Origin: Lama guanicoe
Lineage: Eukaryota
Reading direction: 5' to 3'
NCBI GenBank assembly: GCA_013239625.1
Contig: MU053561.1
Span: 2,744,283-2,808,282, forward strand
DNA: 64,000 bases
A program made the translations under genes and the position numbers. The notes under the pieces are model-generated. The model did not search any database. It was given only the letters and a program-made list of their open reading frames with translations, and had not been told where the DNA came from. Of the stretch, positions 25,172 through 37,723 are shown in pieces. How positions within the stretch are numbered: position 1 is the stretch's first letter; each line of letters begins with the position of its first letter.

Positions 25172-26740
25172 TATTAAACTCTCACATTCTGTCATTTGTA
25201 ATTTAATGAATGTATCCTCCGTAGTACCATTTAATTGGTTTTTGCAGAATGTAGCCTCTGATGAAAACATTGAACTGGACAGAGGCAAGGACAGAGTTCA
25301 GAGGACCTCTAAGTTGGGCTGGCAGGAGGTTCCCTTAGGTTTGCTTGTTCATTTGTTTGGACACCTACTCACCAAATAAATATTAGTTTATCCAGTGAAG
25401 GCACAAAGGACTCACGTTACAAAGATGAAGACCTGGTCCCTTCAGTCCCAATCTGGAATTCACACACTAATCCATTAACACATACTCTCTGGGTGTGGTT
25501 ATCCCAGGCCCTAAGAATTCCCTTAAATGAAATGTAACATCAGAATTTGAGGCTCAGTCAGGAGGGGCAACTGGAGGAGGATGGAACAGAGCAGAGAAGG
25601 GGCCTGGACCTGGTGCAGGGCAGGGAAAATGGCCTGGTTGCAGGTGTGAGTCAATAGGTAAGGAAAAAAGTCATAGTGCCTGATGTGGGGAGTGAGTTCA
25701 AAAAAAGACTCAGGAAGAATGGGCGGCAAGACCAGAGATGCCCCAGCTGTCAGTCCTCACATCACATGCCATCAGGTGGATGGCAGATGACATTCAGAGA
25801 TCTGTCATGCATGACCAGTGGGACAAGGGGCTGGGCCCAGATGGCAACAGAAGAGGGCACCAAGGGCACCCAGCTCGTACTTTTGTTCTGGACGGGGATC
25901 AGGGCAGCAGGAGGCATAGCCAGTCAGATCTAAGAACCAGGTTCCAAAACCATAGACTGGTCCTCCTCCCTGAGTGTTCACAGGGTGAGACGGGGAGGTG
26001 GACAGCTGTCGGGAGGGACTTCCTCCTCAGGGGCAGTGAAAGCTCAGGTGTGGCCTCGGTGTGCAGCAGTGGGAGCTGGACTCCTGGGCTTCTGACGTGC
26101 AGCCAAGGAGACCTGGAGGGGGCACAGGGGAGAACATGGGAGGAACACAGGAGCGATGCCAACTTCTGAGATGGGGTCTGAGAAGGGGAGTCATCTTCTC
26201 AGGAGGCTGAGGTTTCTGACGCATGGGAATCCCAGTCAGGAACTCGCTCAGGGCAGAGGGAGAACAAACAGGCAGTGAGTTCTCATCTCTCCTTTATTGA
26301 GTCAGTCAGTCTTTACCCACCCTTTAAGATCATCAGTGAACTTTGCTTTATTAAGCATCTACTCCCTGCAAGGTGTGGGATGGGTGCAGCTGACGGAAGG
26401 CACTTGGGAACAATCCCTGATCTAAAGACCTCAGTGACCAGTGAGGAAGCTAAGACATGAGCTGAAGTACTTCAGTTGTTAGGATTAGGACTTGTGTGGC
26501 TGCGGTACAGAGGGTGGCTCACCAGTCTCTGCGGAGGGCCCCCAGGCCACCTGGACCTCAGTGCAGCCTCTCTCAGTCCTAATGCCGCAGCCTTTCTGCC
26601 AGACTGGCTTGCTGCCCTCCTCTGTCTCCTCCATGTCTCTGCTCTGAGCTTGGAGATCTTAGCAACAGGTGTATGTCAACCAGACAAAAAGAGAGGAAGT
26701 CTTCTAATTAGGTCTTAACCTCTTCAAGAGCATGGGGTTG

Positions 26741-26887
26741 GAGGTGGGGTATAGCTCAGCGGTAGAGCGCTTGTTTAGCATGCACAAGGTCCCGGGTTCA
26801 GTCTCCAGCACCTCCAATAAACAAACAAACAAACAAACTGAATTACCTCTCCCCCTCCTCCCCCCAAAAAGAAAGAAATTAAAAATA
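26741..26887 (+). mobile_element. vic-1-like SINE
   Basis: gtatagctcagcggtagagcgc...gggttcagtctccagcacctcc, A-rich tail; TSD aagagcatggggttg / aagagcacaggattg. Confidence 0.88.
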
Positions 26888-28691
26888 AAGAGCACAGGAT
26901 TGAGGGAGTTTCCGTAGTGTTAAGCAGAAGGCATGTGTTCTAAAGAAGCTTATAGATTAAATTAACTAGGCTGAGATAAAATGATTAAGATAGCAGCCTA
27001 CCGACTAGTCATTAGTTCATTTTAAATACGATATAATATCGTCTATGGTTTTAAATATGTATATCATACCTCCATGCCATTAATAGTAAAAGTTGGGTTC
27101 AGTGTAACTTTTATGATACCACTTTAAACATCCCAGATTTATTCAGGTCCACTTATATTTTCTGTTATTTTTGAAAGAGAGAGAGAGAGGAAAACGTGAG
27201 TCAAGGATCAACTGTATTGAGTGCTTGTTAGGTGCCAGACCCCAGGCAGCAGGAGCCATGCCAGTACAAAGATGTGATGGACATTGTCACTGTCTGCAGT
27301 GACTTACAATTAGATAGACTTCCTCCCATGTTTAAAATTGTCAAGTTACCTTTACTGGGACCAAAAGGTTACCTCTTCTTTAATAAAAGTTGAGAAATAA
27401 TTTCATAATGGTGGCTTAGAATAATAATTGTAAATCAAATGCAGAACGTTAGTTTATTTCCATGTTAGAATGAAATAGAAATATAACCAATTCTGTCCAA
27501 ATTGCAATTTAATTCTGAATGAAGCAAGGTGCCCAGTACCCACATGTGGCAATAACTTCATTATTTATACCGACTCAGATTTCTCAGATTTTTGACTCAG
27601 ATTTACCTTACGTGATTTGGTAGTGCCCTCTCATTTTGAAGGAAGCCTCTTACAAATACCTCATCCCTTTGGTTTGGTGCTTTTGCTTTTAAGAGAAAAA
27701 AAGACCAAGACCTAATTAAATTCTGAATTTTGACACAAACTTTAAAATGGTAGGGATTCTTATAATCACATTAGGGTCTTTCTATTAGTAGAGAAGCCTG
27801 AAATTTATAAAACATTTTGTCTCCTGGACTAAGCTTAGGTTGAAATGAGGAAACAGATGATCAAGATTTGGGTTTTTGTACTTTTCTGTGTGGGCAGACA
27901 CAGGCCCCAGCCCTGGAAATTTTTTATAGGCACCTTTCAAGATATGACTCACTCATGGTAGATGGTGACATTAACAACAAGAATACCGAGGTCTTTATAT
28001 CTGGAGGATCCCTCTCCACCTGGGAGGGTTCGCTAATTCCTGTACCAGAAGGAAGGGAAACAAGAGTCCTGGAAGAGGCAGACGGAGGTGCCCAGCTGGG
28101 CTCCATCTCTGCAGGCTTGCAGGGCATTGTCATGTTATCCTGCGCACCAGTGGCCACCACAGAAGGCATGGGAAGCCTATGAAACCAGCAGGTGGGGCCA
28201 TCAAGAAGGAGTGAGGGGAGGGCAGTGACAGAGAGCCGCCCCTCTGATGTGGGGTGGATGTAAGTTCCTGCTTTCCCAGCAGAGGGCAGCAAGTGACGAG
28301 GAGAGGTATTTAAATAATTCAGGGGACTCAGTAATATTTGGGAAAAGCAACCCTGGAACATAGTGGATTTCTTATTAATATAAGATGTAGCGATCCAGAG
28401 TAATGATTCGGGTATTAAAGTAGATGAGACTCTGTTTTACAGTCACAAGCTGGTGTGGCCAGAGTATTTGAGTTATGAAAAACAAAGTGTTAATAAATGT
28501 TAATAGAGAACTTAGACAAATCACAGCAGAATGAACACAAACTACAAAATAAGCTTATGAAAATATTTCAACCTCACCTGGACAAAGAAATATAAACAAG
28601 ATAGCATTTTAAAATCTGTCAAACTATCACATTTTTAAACAATTTATAACATCAAAAGTTTAGGAAAAAGCTAGTAAAATCAATGAATCAC

Positions 28692-29092
28692 TGAGGTAGT
28701 AATCAGTAAAACTTTATTGTGCACACAGCAAAAAGTTTGCAAACTGGGAACACTCAAGTCAAAACACGGACTGAGGCTCAGAGGTTCGTTATTATAAAGG
28801 AGGTTATGTGGTGTGGAGGCAGGGAATGTCTCGTCTTCACAGTTGTTGGTTACAATATTAGAGTTTTCTCACATAAAGGGGAATTGGTTAGTGGTTACCA
28901 CATACAAATTTGGGGGAACAATTTTAGTTTCATTTATGATTTGCAGAAACATAAGCAAGAAGTGACCCAGGTCAAGTTAGCTTGGCTTGTCTCACAAAAT
29001 AAGCTAAATTAAATTTTGCTTGTGTAACTGAACTGGTTTTGTTTGCTCAGTAAATTTTCAAGTCTCGTCTCCATTTGTGTTTGTCTTTAACA
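28692..29092 (-). mobile_element. ERV1-type LTR
   Basis: TG...CA block with antisense AATAAA near 28713, a TATA-like site and CCAAT. Confidence 0.6.
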
Positions 29093-29287
29093 AGTTTCCG
29101 ACCAGTTCTGAAAAATTTTGAAGCTTTGGACTCTGTTCACACAGCCTCTCAGTCCCAATAATCCTAAAATAGTCTCAAGTATCAATCCCATTTCATGAAT
29201 GAAGAAACTGAATCTCTAATAATTTGTGTGATGCAAAGATGTCGTTTTGAATGTATATATGTGGATATCTTCTCTATGCTACTACAA

Positions 29288-29470
29288 TGATAAATAACTC
29301 TTTGTTTTGGGACATGTCCTATGCCTTGTAGGATGTTAAGCAGCATCCCTGATCTCTACCCCCCAGAAGTCAGTAGCAACCCCCCTCCCTAGTTGTGACA
29401 ACTAAAAATACCTACAGATATTGCCAAATGTTCCCTTAGGGGCAAATGTGCCCCCAGTTAAGAACCACTG
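29288..29470 (-). mobile_element. MER20 (hAT-Charlie) DNA transposon
   Basis: gttgtgacaactaaaaat...attgccaaatgttccc...ggggcaaa...gttaagaaccactg is the antisense MER20 end. Confidence 0.85.
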
Positions 29471-32400
29471 GAGGAGGGCTATCTGAGTGTGAAGAAGCTT
29501 AACAAAACTCGTGAAGAGTGGTGTTTGTTGGAGCCGGCTGGAGGAAACCAAAGCTTATGCACCCACTGAGCCACTGTAGGATGCAGAACAGCCTACGGCA
29601 CCTCTCAGCGTAGAAGCTCCAGGTACCAAAAGGGACAGAAGGGGCTTGGAGAATTGAAAACCGGAGAATTGATTAGAGGTCTATGTAGAGAATTACTTTG
29701 ATTCCTGACCCATCTTGAAGCAGGATTTTGAAGAACTTTGGCAGAGAGATCTTCAGGAACATGGGGGGTCTCAACAAAATACCTGATAAAATGATTTTTA
29801 AAATGTGAGTGATGATGAAAGAAGATAATGCAAGAAGGAAAGAACATTAGAAATGACAGCCCAAAGAAAACGGACTGGGAAAGTAAATGTAATGTTAATG
29901 CGCAATGTGAGTCTGTGCTGAGGAGTGTTTATATGGTTATAATAATTTATTATATATTAATCATAACATAAACATTAATAAATATATTAATGATAATCAA
30001 AATGAGATATTATTGTTCTGTTACTTCATAATTATTGATGTATTGTTACTTAAACTTAAACATAGTGATATATTTGTTGGAAGGATGTGGGAATGAAAAG
30101 TGGGGAAAGGGCAGCTGGTGTAAATAAGCTAAATCCTTGTCTGTCACAGCAGTAAGTGAACAGATAACATCTACACTTTGAAATCACAGAGTAAACATAT
30201 TATCAGAGGTAAGCACCGAAAACAATAACTACAAAAGTTGAGTGGATTGTCCCTGGGCTGCGGACGGGAGGGGAGCACAGTGACCCAGGGGACTAGTGTT
30301 TACTATTATGTCTTCTGAATGATATTTATTTTTAAACAATATGCATATGTCATTTTAGTTAAAAAAAATTTGTAATATGCAGACCTGTTGAAACTGCACT
30401 GAGAAGAGGACTTCCCTCCTTTGCTTAAAATATTTATAATTTCTAGTAATGTATCCTTCAGAAGAAGCTAGAAATGTGGGCCAGAATTTATATACAAAAC
30501 CTCATATCGTGTTATTTGTAACAGCAAAAAAGTTGGAAGCAATGTAAATATCCAGCAATTGGGGAGTAGCTAAATGAGTATATAGATAGACAATATTATA
30601 CAACCACTAAAAGTGTTTATGAAGAACTTTAATTATGCAGAGACATGCTCACAAAATGTTAAGTGAAAAAAAGCAGGGTACACAGCTAAAAGGCCTTATC
30701 TCAGCCATGTAAAATACATACGTGCGAGAAAAAGACTAGATGAAAATACATGGACATGTTAACACTGGCTATCTCTGGGATTATGGTAAGTTTCATTTTA
30801 TTCTCAATTTTCCTTAGTTTTCTAATTTTTCTTCAGTTAGCACATATTCCTTTCATGATCAGAAAGAACATAAATGTTATTATTTTAAAAGAAAAGGAAA
30901 TAATCTTGAGTGCAAAGTGTCTTGCTACAGAGCAGACCTGCCTCTCTGTGGCTAAGGCCTGGAGGGTGGAGGGTGGAGGTTGCCTGTTACCTGCTTCAGG
31001 CCTTCCTGGAACTGCTGAAGGTTGATTTCCCACTTTGCAGTCAGCTAGAGATTAGGAATGGAACAAAAGACTAAGGCAGAGTTTCACTTTGCATGATTGA
31101 TTTAGATCATCAAGGCCTTGGAACATACATTCCTTCTAATCCCCAGTCTAATGGGAGCATTGCCATTTGCTGTCAGTTTCATGCAACTGAATCTGGGGAG
31201 CTGGTCCACAGGAATCCATGAATCTTCTTTTCCTTTAGTTTCAGGTAGCATACGACAGATGAATGATGGGACTTCCATTTATGGCTGTTTAACCAGCGAG
31301 GGTTAACAAGGCATGGCTAAAAAGCAAGCAGATGAAAAAATATTGTTTATTTGAGAGTCATTTTTTAATGATCTTTTTCCTAATAAAATGTAGCTTTTCA
31401 CCAAAATGCTAAATTGAAATAGTCTATCATTCGTTAATAATACAAAATAGAACGGTGATTCTCAAACTTTAGAGTTGTTGATCATCTGAGAAATGTGTTT
31501 AAAATGCAGACTAGCTGGCCTAACCCCTAAAGAGTCAGATGCATAAGCTCTAGGATGAATTCAAGAGTGTGCATTTTCAACAAACATGATGAGCTGATTT
31601 TGGTCCTTGTGTTTCTGGGACCAATTTTGACAGTTACAGAGTAAGTTTTGAAAAGGTGCATACCCATGGATGTAAATTAAATACCTTCCAAACTAAAAAT
31701 TATTTGTTAGTCATTGTTTAATCTAACTAGTTTATAAATAACTATTTTTAAACTTTCAGTAAAAGATGGATGGATTAAACATGGGTAATTGAAGAACATA
31801 GTTATCTTCATCTCACCTGAAATTCTAATGAAATGGCAGTAAGTGCATTTTTGTAAAAGTCATAAATCCACAAGAACAAAGAAAAACAGGAGAAAAGACA
31901 CTAGAAGAAAGATCATGAAAGACACTAGAACAAGATCTTGGGAGTTATAAAGTGGACAAACAAGTGGTAAATGATGCAGTGATGTGGAGGAAGCAGAAAT
32001 CTCCATAGAGGCTTGGCGATCAGAGGTACCAGAAACCTCTGGCTTAAGGATAAGGAGTAGGGCTGAAAAGAGGAGCACTGATTCACAGTCTGTATAAGCA
32101 GCAGTCATATCCCAGGTGCCTCCGCCTACCTTACCAGGAGACAGAAGATTAATGCTCTATAAGTTGACCAAGAGGCTCTAAGCTCAAAGATAGCAGGCCA
32201 GTGCAGGGCAAGGTGCCAGTTATCCATTTGTTGTTTCTCACTCTCAGATCCACCCTTCATCGTCCTGATTTGTGATATGGGAGCTGGACCTTGTGAACCT
32301 TTCTTTGCTGACTGGCTTGAAATTAGGCTTTGTCAATAGAAGGTTCTAGAGTGACAGTCCGAGATGATAGCTGAAGGAAGGTGCCTGCTTCCCTTCTGGT

Positions 32401-32684
32401 TGTTTCTCTTACATTTCATTCAGTGAGGGAGCCTGTGGGCTGATGTGGGAGACCTGGTGGTGCTTACCTCGGTGGCCCTCACGACCAGCCCGTTTTGTTT
32501 GCCCAGCTGCCACTTGGATGGCAGCTCTGGGAAGGCCCTCAGAAAACTGTCCTCACCTGATGGCCATTTCTACAGCAGCTCAGCCCATCCACACCTCTGT
32601 GGTAGTAGGCCACCTCTACAGATCATCTCTGGCAGGCCTTTCCCACAGGTAGGCTGCATGTTCCTGCAGCAGATGTGCCCTCTT

Positions 32685-32819
32685 TTTTTAAAAAAAATTG
32701 TTGGGGGGTTAGTAATTAGGTTTATTTATCTGTTTGTTTTTAATGGAGGTACTGGGGATTGAACCCAGGACCTTGTGCATGCCAAGCACATGCTCTATCA
32801 CCAAGCTGTACCCTCCCCT
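32685..32819 (-). mobile_element. vic-1-like SINE
   Basis: Antisense ggaggtactggggattgaacccagg...; TSD agatgtgccctcttt / agttgtgccctcttt. Confidence 0.88.
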
Positions 32820-34108
32820 GAGTTGTGCCCTCTTTGAGGAGATCTGATCTCATTTTGTGTGTGTGGTGGGGAGGGGAGAAGCCTGCCTCTCCTAGTTCCT
32901 AGTCCCATTTCCTTTATGGGCCCACTCTTCCTCAGTCTAAACAGTCTAAAGGTAAGAACTGCTTTTTCTACTTCTGGAGCTTTTAGAGGCTTTTTTCCCC
33001 CCCAGTAGTTAACCACCTTTAACTAGTTAATATTTCCTTATATTAAATTTTCCTCTGTTTGAATTACTAGTGTGGTTTGTCTTTTGATATAATGCAAGGG
33101 TTTAAAAATTGGGAGCAAATGAAAATCCTCCTATTTGAAAGTGAGATCCATAATTTCCTTCCTTCCTTGACTCCTAAAACACTAGCATGCATGATTATCA
33201 TCCTCAGGCAGGGGGATTCCTCCAGGGAGAGACTGACCCAAGAGAAAAGACTTACGTCACTGACATTTGAAGTTCTGCAGCAAAGTGGCCAAGCCGCACC
33301 TGATGGCCCTCCAGTCAAACCCATTGGTCAGCAAGCTCTATCTCTGCATGTAACCAGCTTTTGTTCCTTGCTCATGAGTATGAATAGATAGCTAAGAATC
33401 ACCAGGAGTCTGATGAAAGTTTTCACCATAAGAGATAGTTTTAGTAACAAAGAAGCAGAAAGAAATTAATTAAAAGAAGCATCCTGGACTTAAGATCACC
33501 TAAGTCACAACACACTGCACCCATAAAGAAAAGAAAATCTAAAATGAACATTCAGAAAAATGAAATAGAGCTCTTGGAAATTAAAAATATGATATCAAAT
33601 TATAGGCTCAACAGATGATTGGAGGACAAAGTGGAGGAAATTCCCTAGAAACTAACCAGAAAAACAAAGATATGGAAAAATACAAAAATTAAAGCATCAG
33701 TTTAAGAAGTATAATTATACTAAGAGGCCTTTCAGAAAGAGACACCAGAGAAAATTAAATAAGAAAATTTTCAAGAAAATAATACAAGAAAATCTTTTGG
33801 GTTTGAAGGACATGAGTTTCCCTATTGTAAAGGGCATACCGAGTTCCCAGAACAATGACAGACTCATCATTGTGAAATTTTAGACAATTGGGTAAAAGAT
33901 ATCCTAAAATTGGAAAACCAGTAGAATTCTAATCAGCAACACTAGAAGCCAGAATACAGTGGAGGAATGCCTGCACAATTCTGAGGAGAAGTTATTATCA
34001 ACTTGGAATTCTATACCCAGCCAAGCTAGCAATTAAGTGTGAGAGTACAATAAACACACTTCCAGACATGCAGGTCTCAAACGTTTCACTCCTTTATGCC
34101 ATTTCTAG

Positions 34109-34619
34109 TGTTGCAGAAAAGTATGTTGTAGCTCATTTGTGACAGCAACCTGGATCTGGGCGAGAGACCAAGCAGCACTCAGAGACTTAGAGAACTCAGG
34201 TTTATTCCACCAGTGGGCCCAGAGGAGTTAACACTCCAAGCTCTGGACCCCATCTGTAGGTTTACACAGGCTTTTATAAGCTGCCAGTTTACACTTTGCA
34301 ACATCATATGCAAATAATGTATAACAAAAGTTGACTAATTAGGAACAAGCTTTGTAGAAATGGACCAATCCGGGGGAGAGAAATAACCAATCAGGAGTGA
34401 GCTCCATGCAAATGAACTACTACAAATGGGCCAATCAGGAGTTAGCTCAGGGAACCAATAGAATATTAGGGGTAAGTTCCACTTTCCTAGAAGTAAGTCG
34501 TTTCAGAGGCAAAAAGTGAGATAGAGCCTCTGGGCCCGGGAACCTGAATGGTGCTGGCAGGAGAGTAGTGGCCCTGCCTGGGGGTCCTGCCGGTCTTTTT
34601 TATGGGGCTTCCCACCCCA
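34109..34619 (-). mobile_element. Well-preserved ERV1-type solo LTR, 511 bp
   Basis: TG...CA termini and a perfect 4-bp TSD ctag (34105-34108 / 34620-34623). Minus-strand TATAAAA (~34272) and AATAAA (~34201). Confidence 0.9.
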
Positions 34620-35442
34620 CTAGGAATCTCCTGGAGAATGTACTTTATGAAACCAAGACCGTGGAAAATATGAGAGCTGTGAAACAGGGCATCCAACAGA
34701 GGAGAGAAGCAAAGAGAATTCCCAGATGACACATCTACAGCAGGAGAGGAGGACAGAGAACCTTAAAGGGATATCTTAGAAAAAGAAATATAAATTATAG
34801 ATTACCTTACTTGTTTGCCTTGCTGAGAGGAGTTTTAAAACTTTGATAGAGTTTAGAAGAAGAGTTAGTAATAGAGCAAAAAAAAAAGAAGTAAAATAAT
34901 TATCTGTAGGATTTTTTTAAAAAGTTATATAAGAGAGGAAATTAATCACAGTTCAGTTTGTGGATCTGCTGTGATACTAGGTAGTCGTAGTCATGTTAAC
35001 ACTGAATATTGATTTTTAACCAGAAATCATGCTTGAAAAAACCATACTGCAAAGTGGAGAAAAAGAAAAATTTGTGTGGGTGTGTTGGAGGGGGAGGTGG
35101 TTGACGATAGTTAAATCCGTATTTTCCATAGTAGGAAGGCAATAGGTAATACCAAAACTTGAAAAATCAAGAAATATTAAGTGTAAGCATATATATCAAT
35201 ATGAATATAAATAGCAAGAAATGTCTGAAAGAGTTGGAAATGATTCCCTATAAGGAGTAAAATTCAGGGTGTAGGGAAGAGGTTAGCAAGAGACTGCCCG
35301 TCTTTATTGTAAGCCTTCTAATACTTAGTGAATTTTAATACTCTGCGCCAAGTATTATGTGAATTAATAATTAAATATCAAAACAGAGTATTTCAATGAC
35401 ATGAAATCCATCACTATTATTCTTGCTACTTTTGAGGCATCA

Positions 35443-35990
35443 TGTCAAGTGTCTCCAAGACCACCACTAGGTTTGGTGACTTGCTAGGAGGACTCAAAGG
35501 ACTCAGCATGCTTTATTACAGCTAAAAGATCCCAAATAAAATCAGGAAAGGGGAAAGGAACTTAGGGCAAACTCCAGAGGACACCAGTCACAAGCTTCTG
35601 AGAGTCTTCTCCCAGTGCAACCACACAAAATACTTTACATTCTTCCAGCAAGACTGGGGACAACACATGTGAAATGTCTTCTATCGGGGAAGCTCAGAGA
35701 CTCAGCTTTCAAGGTGTCTACCTTGGGGCTGGTCATGCCGATGCCCTCTGCCTAGCACATAGTGAAATTCCTGACCCCCAGAAGAAAGCAGGTGTTCAGC
35801 ACAAGCCGCGTTGTTTACGCAGAGTTTAGGCACAGTGAGCCCTCTTACCATTTGGGGAAAGTTTTGTATCGGTCTAGGGAACTGTTTATCGTTCAGATTC
35901 ACAGATGCCAGACAATGGCCAACCTTGAAAAGCTGGCCTTTCCAAGGATAGCAGTCTTAGGCTTCTGTGTGAACTCTTTTTCCTGCCTCA
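35443..35990 (-). mobile_element. MER21-like LTR
   Basis: ccaagaccacc...ttggtgacttgctaggaggactca...ggactcagcat through aaggatagcagtcttaggc matches the MER21 pattern. Confidence 0.75.
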
Positions 35991-36751
35991 GCCTTAAAAG
36001 TCTTTACAGTTTTTCTTACAATAAATCAGAAAAGTGCTGAGAAACTGAAAAGATCCCTGCTTGCAGCCAGTCATAAGATGTGAGGTCAAGTCTCACACAG
36101 ACCACTTTCATGGTCATGTGATACTGGGAGAGAAACAGACTGAGACGTACATTTTCCAGAGGGCTGATGGAAAGTTTGAGGGATACCATACACCAAAGCA
36201 GGTGCTCAGAAAATCATGGTTTCATACAATCTTGTGATTTTTGCCTACTCTTTTCTCCCTTTCAGGTTTCAGCTTTTACTTCTCACTCAGCCTGCTTGGC
36301 TCTGTTTTTGCATTAAATATAAATGTATTCTATTCTAAGAAGTTTTTAAACATTTCCTTCACATAGTTTGTCTAAGCTGCATAGAAATTCCTGGTCCTCT
36401 TTATGTGCACTTAGCGGCAAGAGGCCACGTACCTTCCCCGGCTCTGGGTAAAAACACTTTGATGGGTCCCTTACCAAGAGAAACCACATCAGTGTAACCG
36501 ACTTTGAGTGAGTACCTAGTGGGCGACTCCCAGTGGCTTTCCTCCGTGTGTCTCTGCTTTGCTTTCATTCACAGAGACTCCCCCAGGGTTGAAGAATGAA
36601 GGATGTCTCCCCCAGTTTTTCACCTTTCCTCACTGTGCCCACATGGCAGCCCTCAAGGAATGATTTTGTGCAAAAGTCAAGGAAACATTGACTCCATTAT
36701 TATTGCCATGGCTCTTTTGGCTTGTCTTGCCTCCCCAGATCCACTGGTTTC

Positions 36752-36872
36752 TTTTTTTGGAAGATGGGTAATTAAGTTTATTTATTTATTTATATATGGT
36801 GGTACTGGAGATTGAACACAGGACCTTGTGCATGCTAAACACGTGCTCTACCACTGAGCTATACCCTTCCCC
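36752..36872 (-). mobile_element. vic-1-like SINE; an internally deleted copy also lies at ~37235-37320
   Basis: ggtactggagattgaacacaggaccttgtgcatgctaaacacgtgctctaccactgagctataccc. Confidence 0.85.
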
Positions 36873-37723
36873 TTGGTTGCTGACCATCTACTCTGAAGTA
36901 ATCCAGCACAAACCTCAGTCCTGTGGCACATCGCCCACTGTCCACCCAGCCCTGAAAGGGTATTTTCTGTATCATAGGATTATTCTGGGGGTTACATGAG
37001 GTAATGAATGTGAAAGTGTTCTGGCAAATGTAAAATGATATGTGGATCCTGAACGTTGCTTTATCACGAGCTTTAGGATTGTGCAGCTCTAGGATTGCAC
37101 AACTCTACCTATTAAATGACAATTATTTATACATAGAATGCCTCAGTGTGACACAGTGAGGGTCTTAGAGCCACAAAGACTTCATAACTACAGTTTATTC
37201 CACTGTTCTAAAAATTTTTTATTTGCAGTAAATATTTTATTTATTTTTAAATTATTTTCTTTTTAATGGAGGTACTGGGGATTGAACTCAGCACCTCTAC
37301 AACTGAGCTATATCCCTCCCATGCAATAAACATCTTAAATTAAATTTAAATTCTTGGTCAAAATCCCTAATATTTTACCAGTTTAAGTTTTTTTCTTTTA
37401 CTTCAAATTTATACCATTTATCTGCTGTTAAATCAATCAGTCAAAAACGAGACTGTTTCGAGAAACACAGTAACTTTAAATCAGATATTACGAATTAAAT
37501 CTCATGTTAGCCAGTTAATCTCCATGTTTTGTTTTGAAGGCATAACATTGAGAAAATCCTAACTACATAGAATAGAAATCACAAAAGATACGTTTTTAAA
37601 AAAAAGCTCGCTTTAAATGTAACAATGCTCCTTAAATAACTGTTCTAGAAGCTTAAAAAGGGAACAGTGCCTTATGACTGTTTCAAAGTTTAATCATTAA
37701 CAATATCTAATAAATGCTGTCAC

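Larger units (their letters stand above)
31790..35385 (+). mobile_element. HAL1 (half-L1)-like element with nested LTRs and a SINE
   Basis: Degraded ORF1-like region 33500-34100 runs directly into a HAL1-type 3' region (gaaacagggcatccaacagaggagagaagcaaagagaattcccagatgac) with no ORF2. A second HAL1-like 3' end lies at ~29780-30370. Confidence 0.65.
25416..36588 (-). pseudogene. Exon chain C of the candidate gene: 36433-36588, 31129-31316, 28352-28472, 27953-28039, 27607-27685, 27350-27414, 27070-27161, 25416-25521
   Basis: Phases chain 1-1, 1-0, 0-1, 1-1, 1-2, 2-1, 1-0, 0-1. Translation includes WESPTRYSLKVGYTDVVSLGKGPIKVFLPRAGE, PETKGKEDSWIPVDQLPRFSCMKL, KAPNQRDEVFVRGFLQNERALPNHV, IWDV*SGIIKVTLNPTFTINGME-GILRAWDNHTQRVCVNGLVCEFQIG. 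Donors gtacgt, gtatgt, gttgct (weak), gtgagt, gtaaat, gtaact, gtatga, gtgagt. Two acceptors read AA instead of AG. Confidence 0.55.

Noticed and set aside
27607..27685. Resemblance of DEVFVRGF to ADP-ribosyltransferase toxin motifs, and of SGIHLYQ...CFST (37.7-37.9 kb) to THEMIS CABIT
   Set aside because: Too short, and the neighbouring exons do not continue either alignment.
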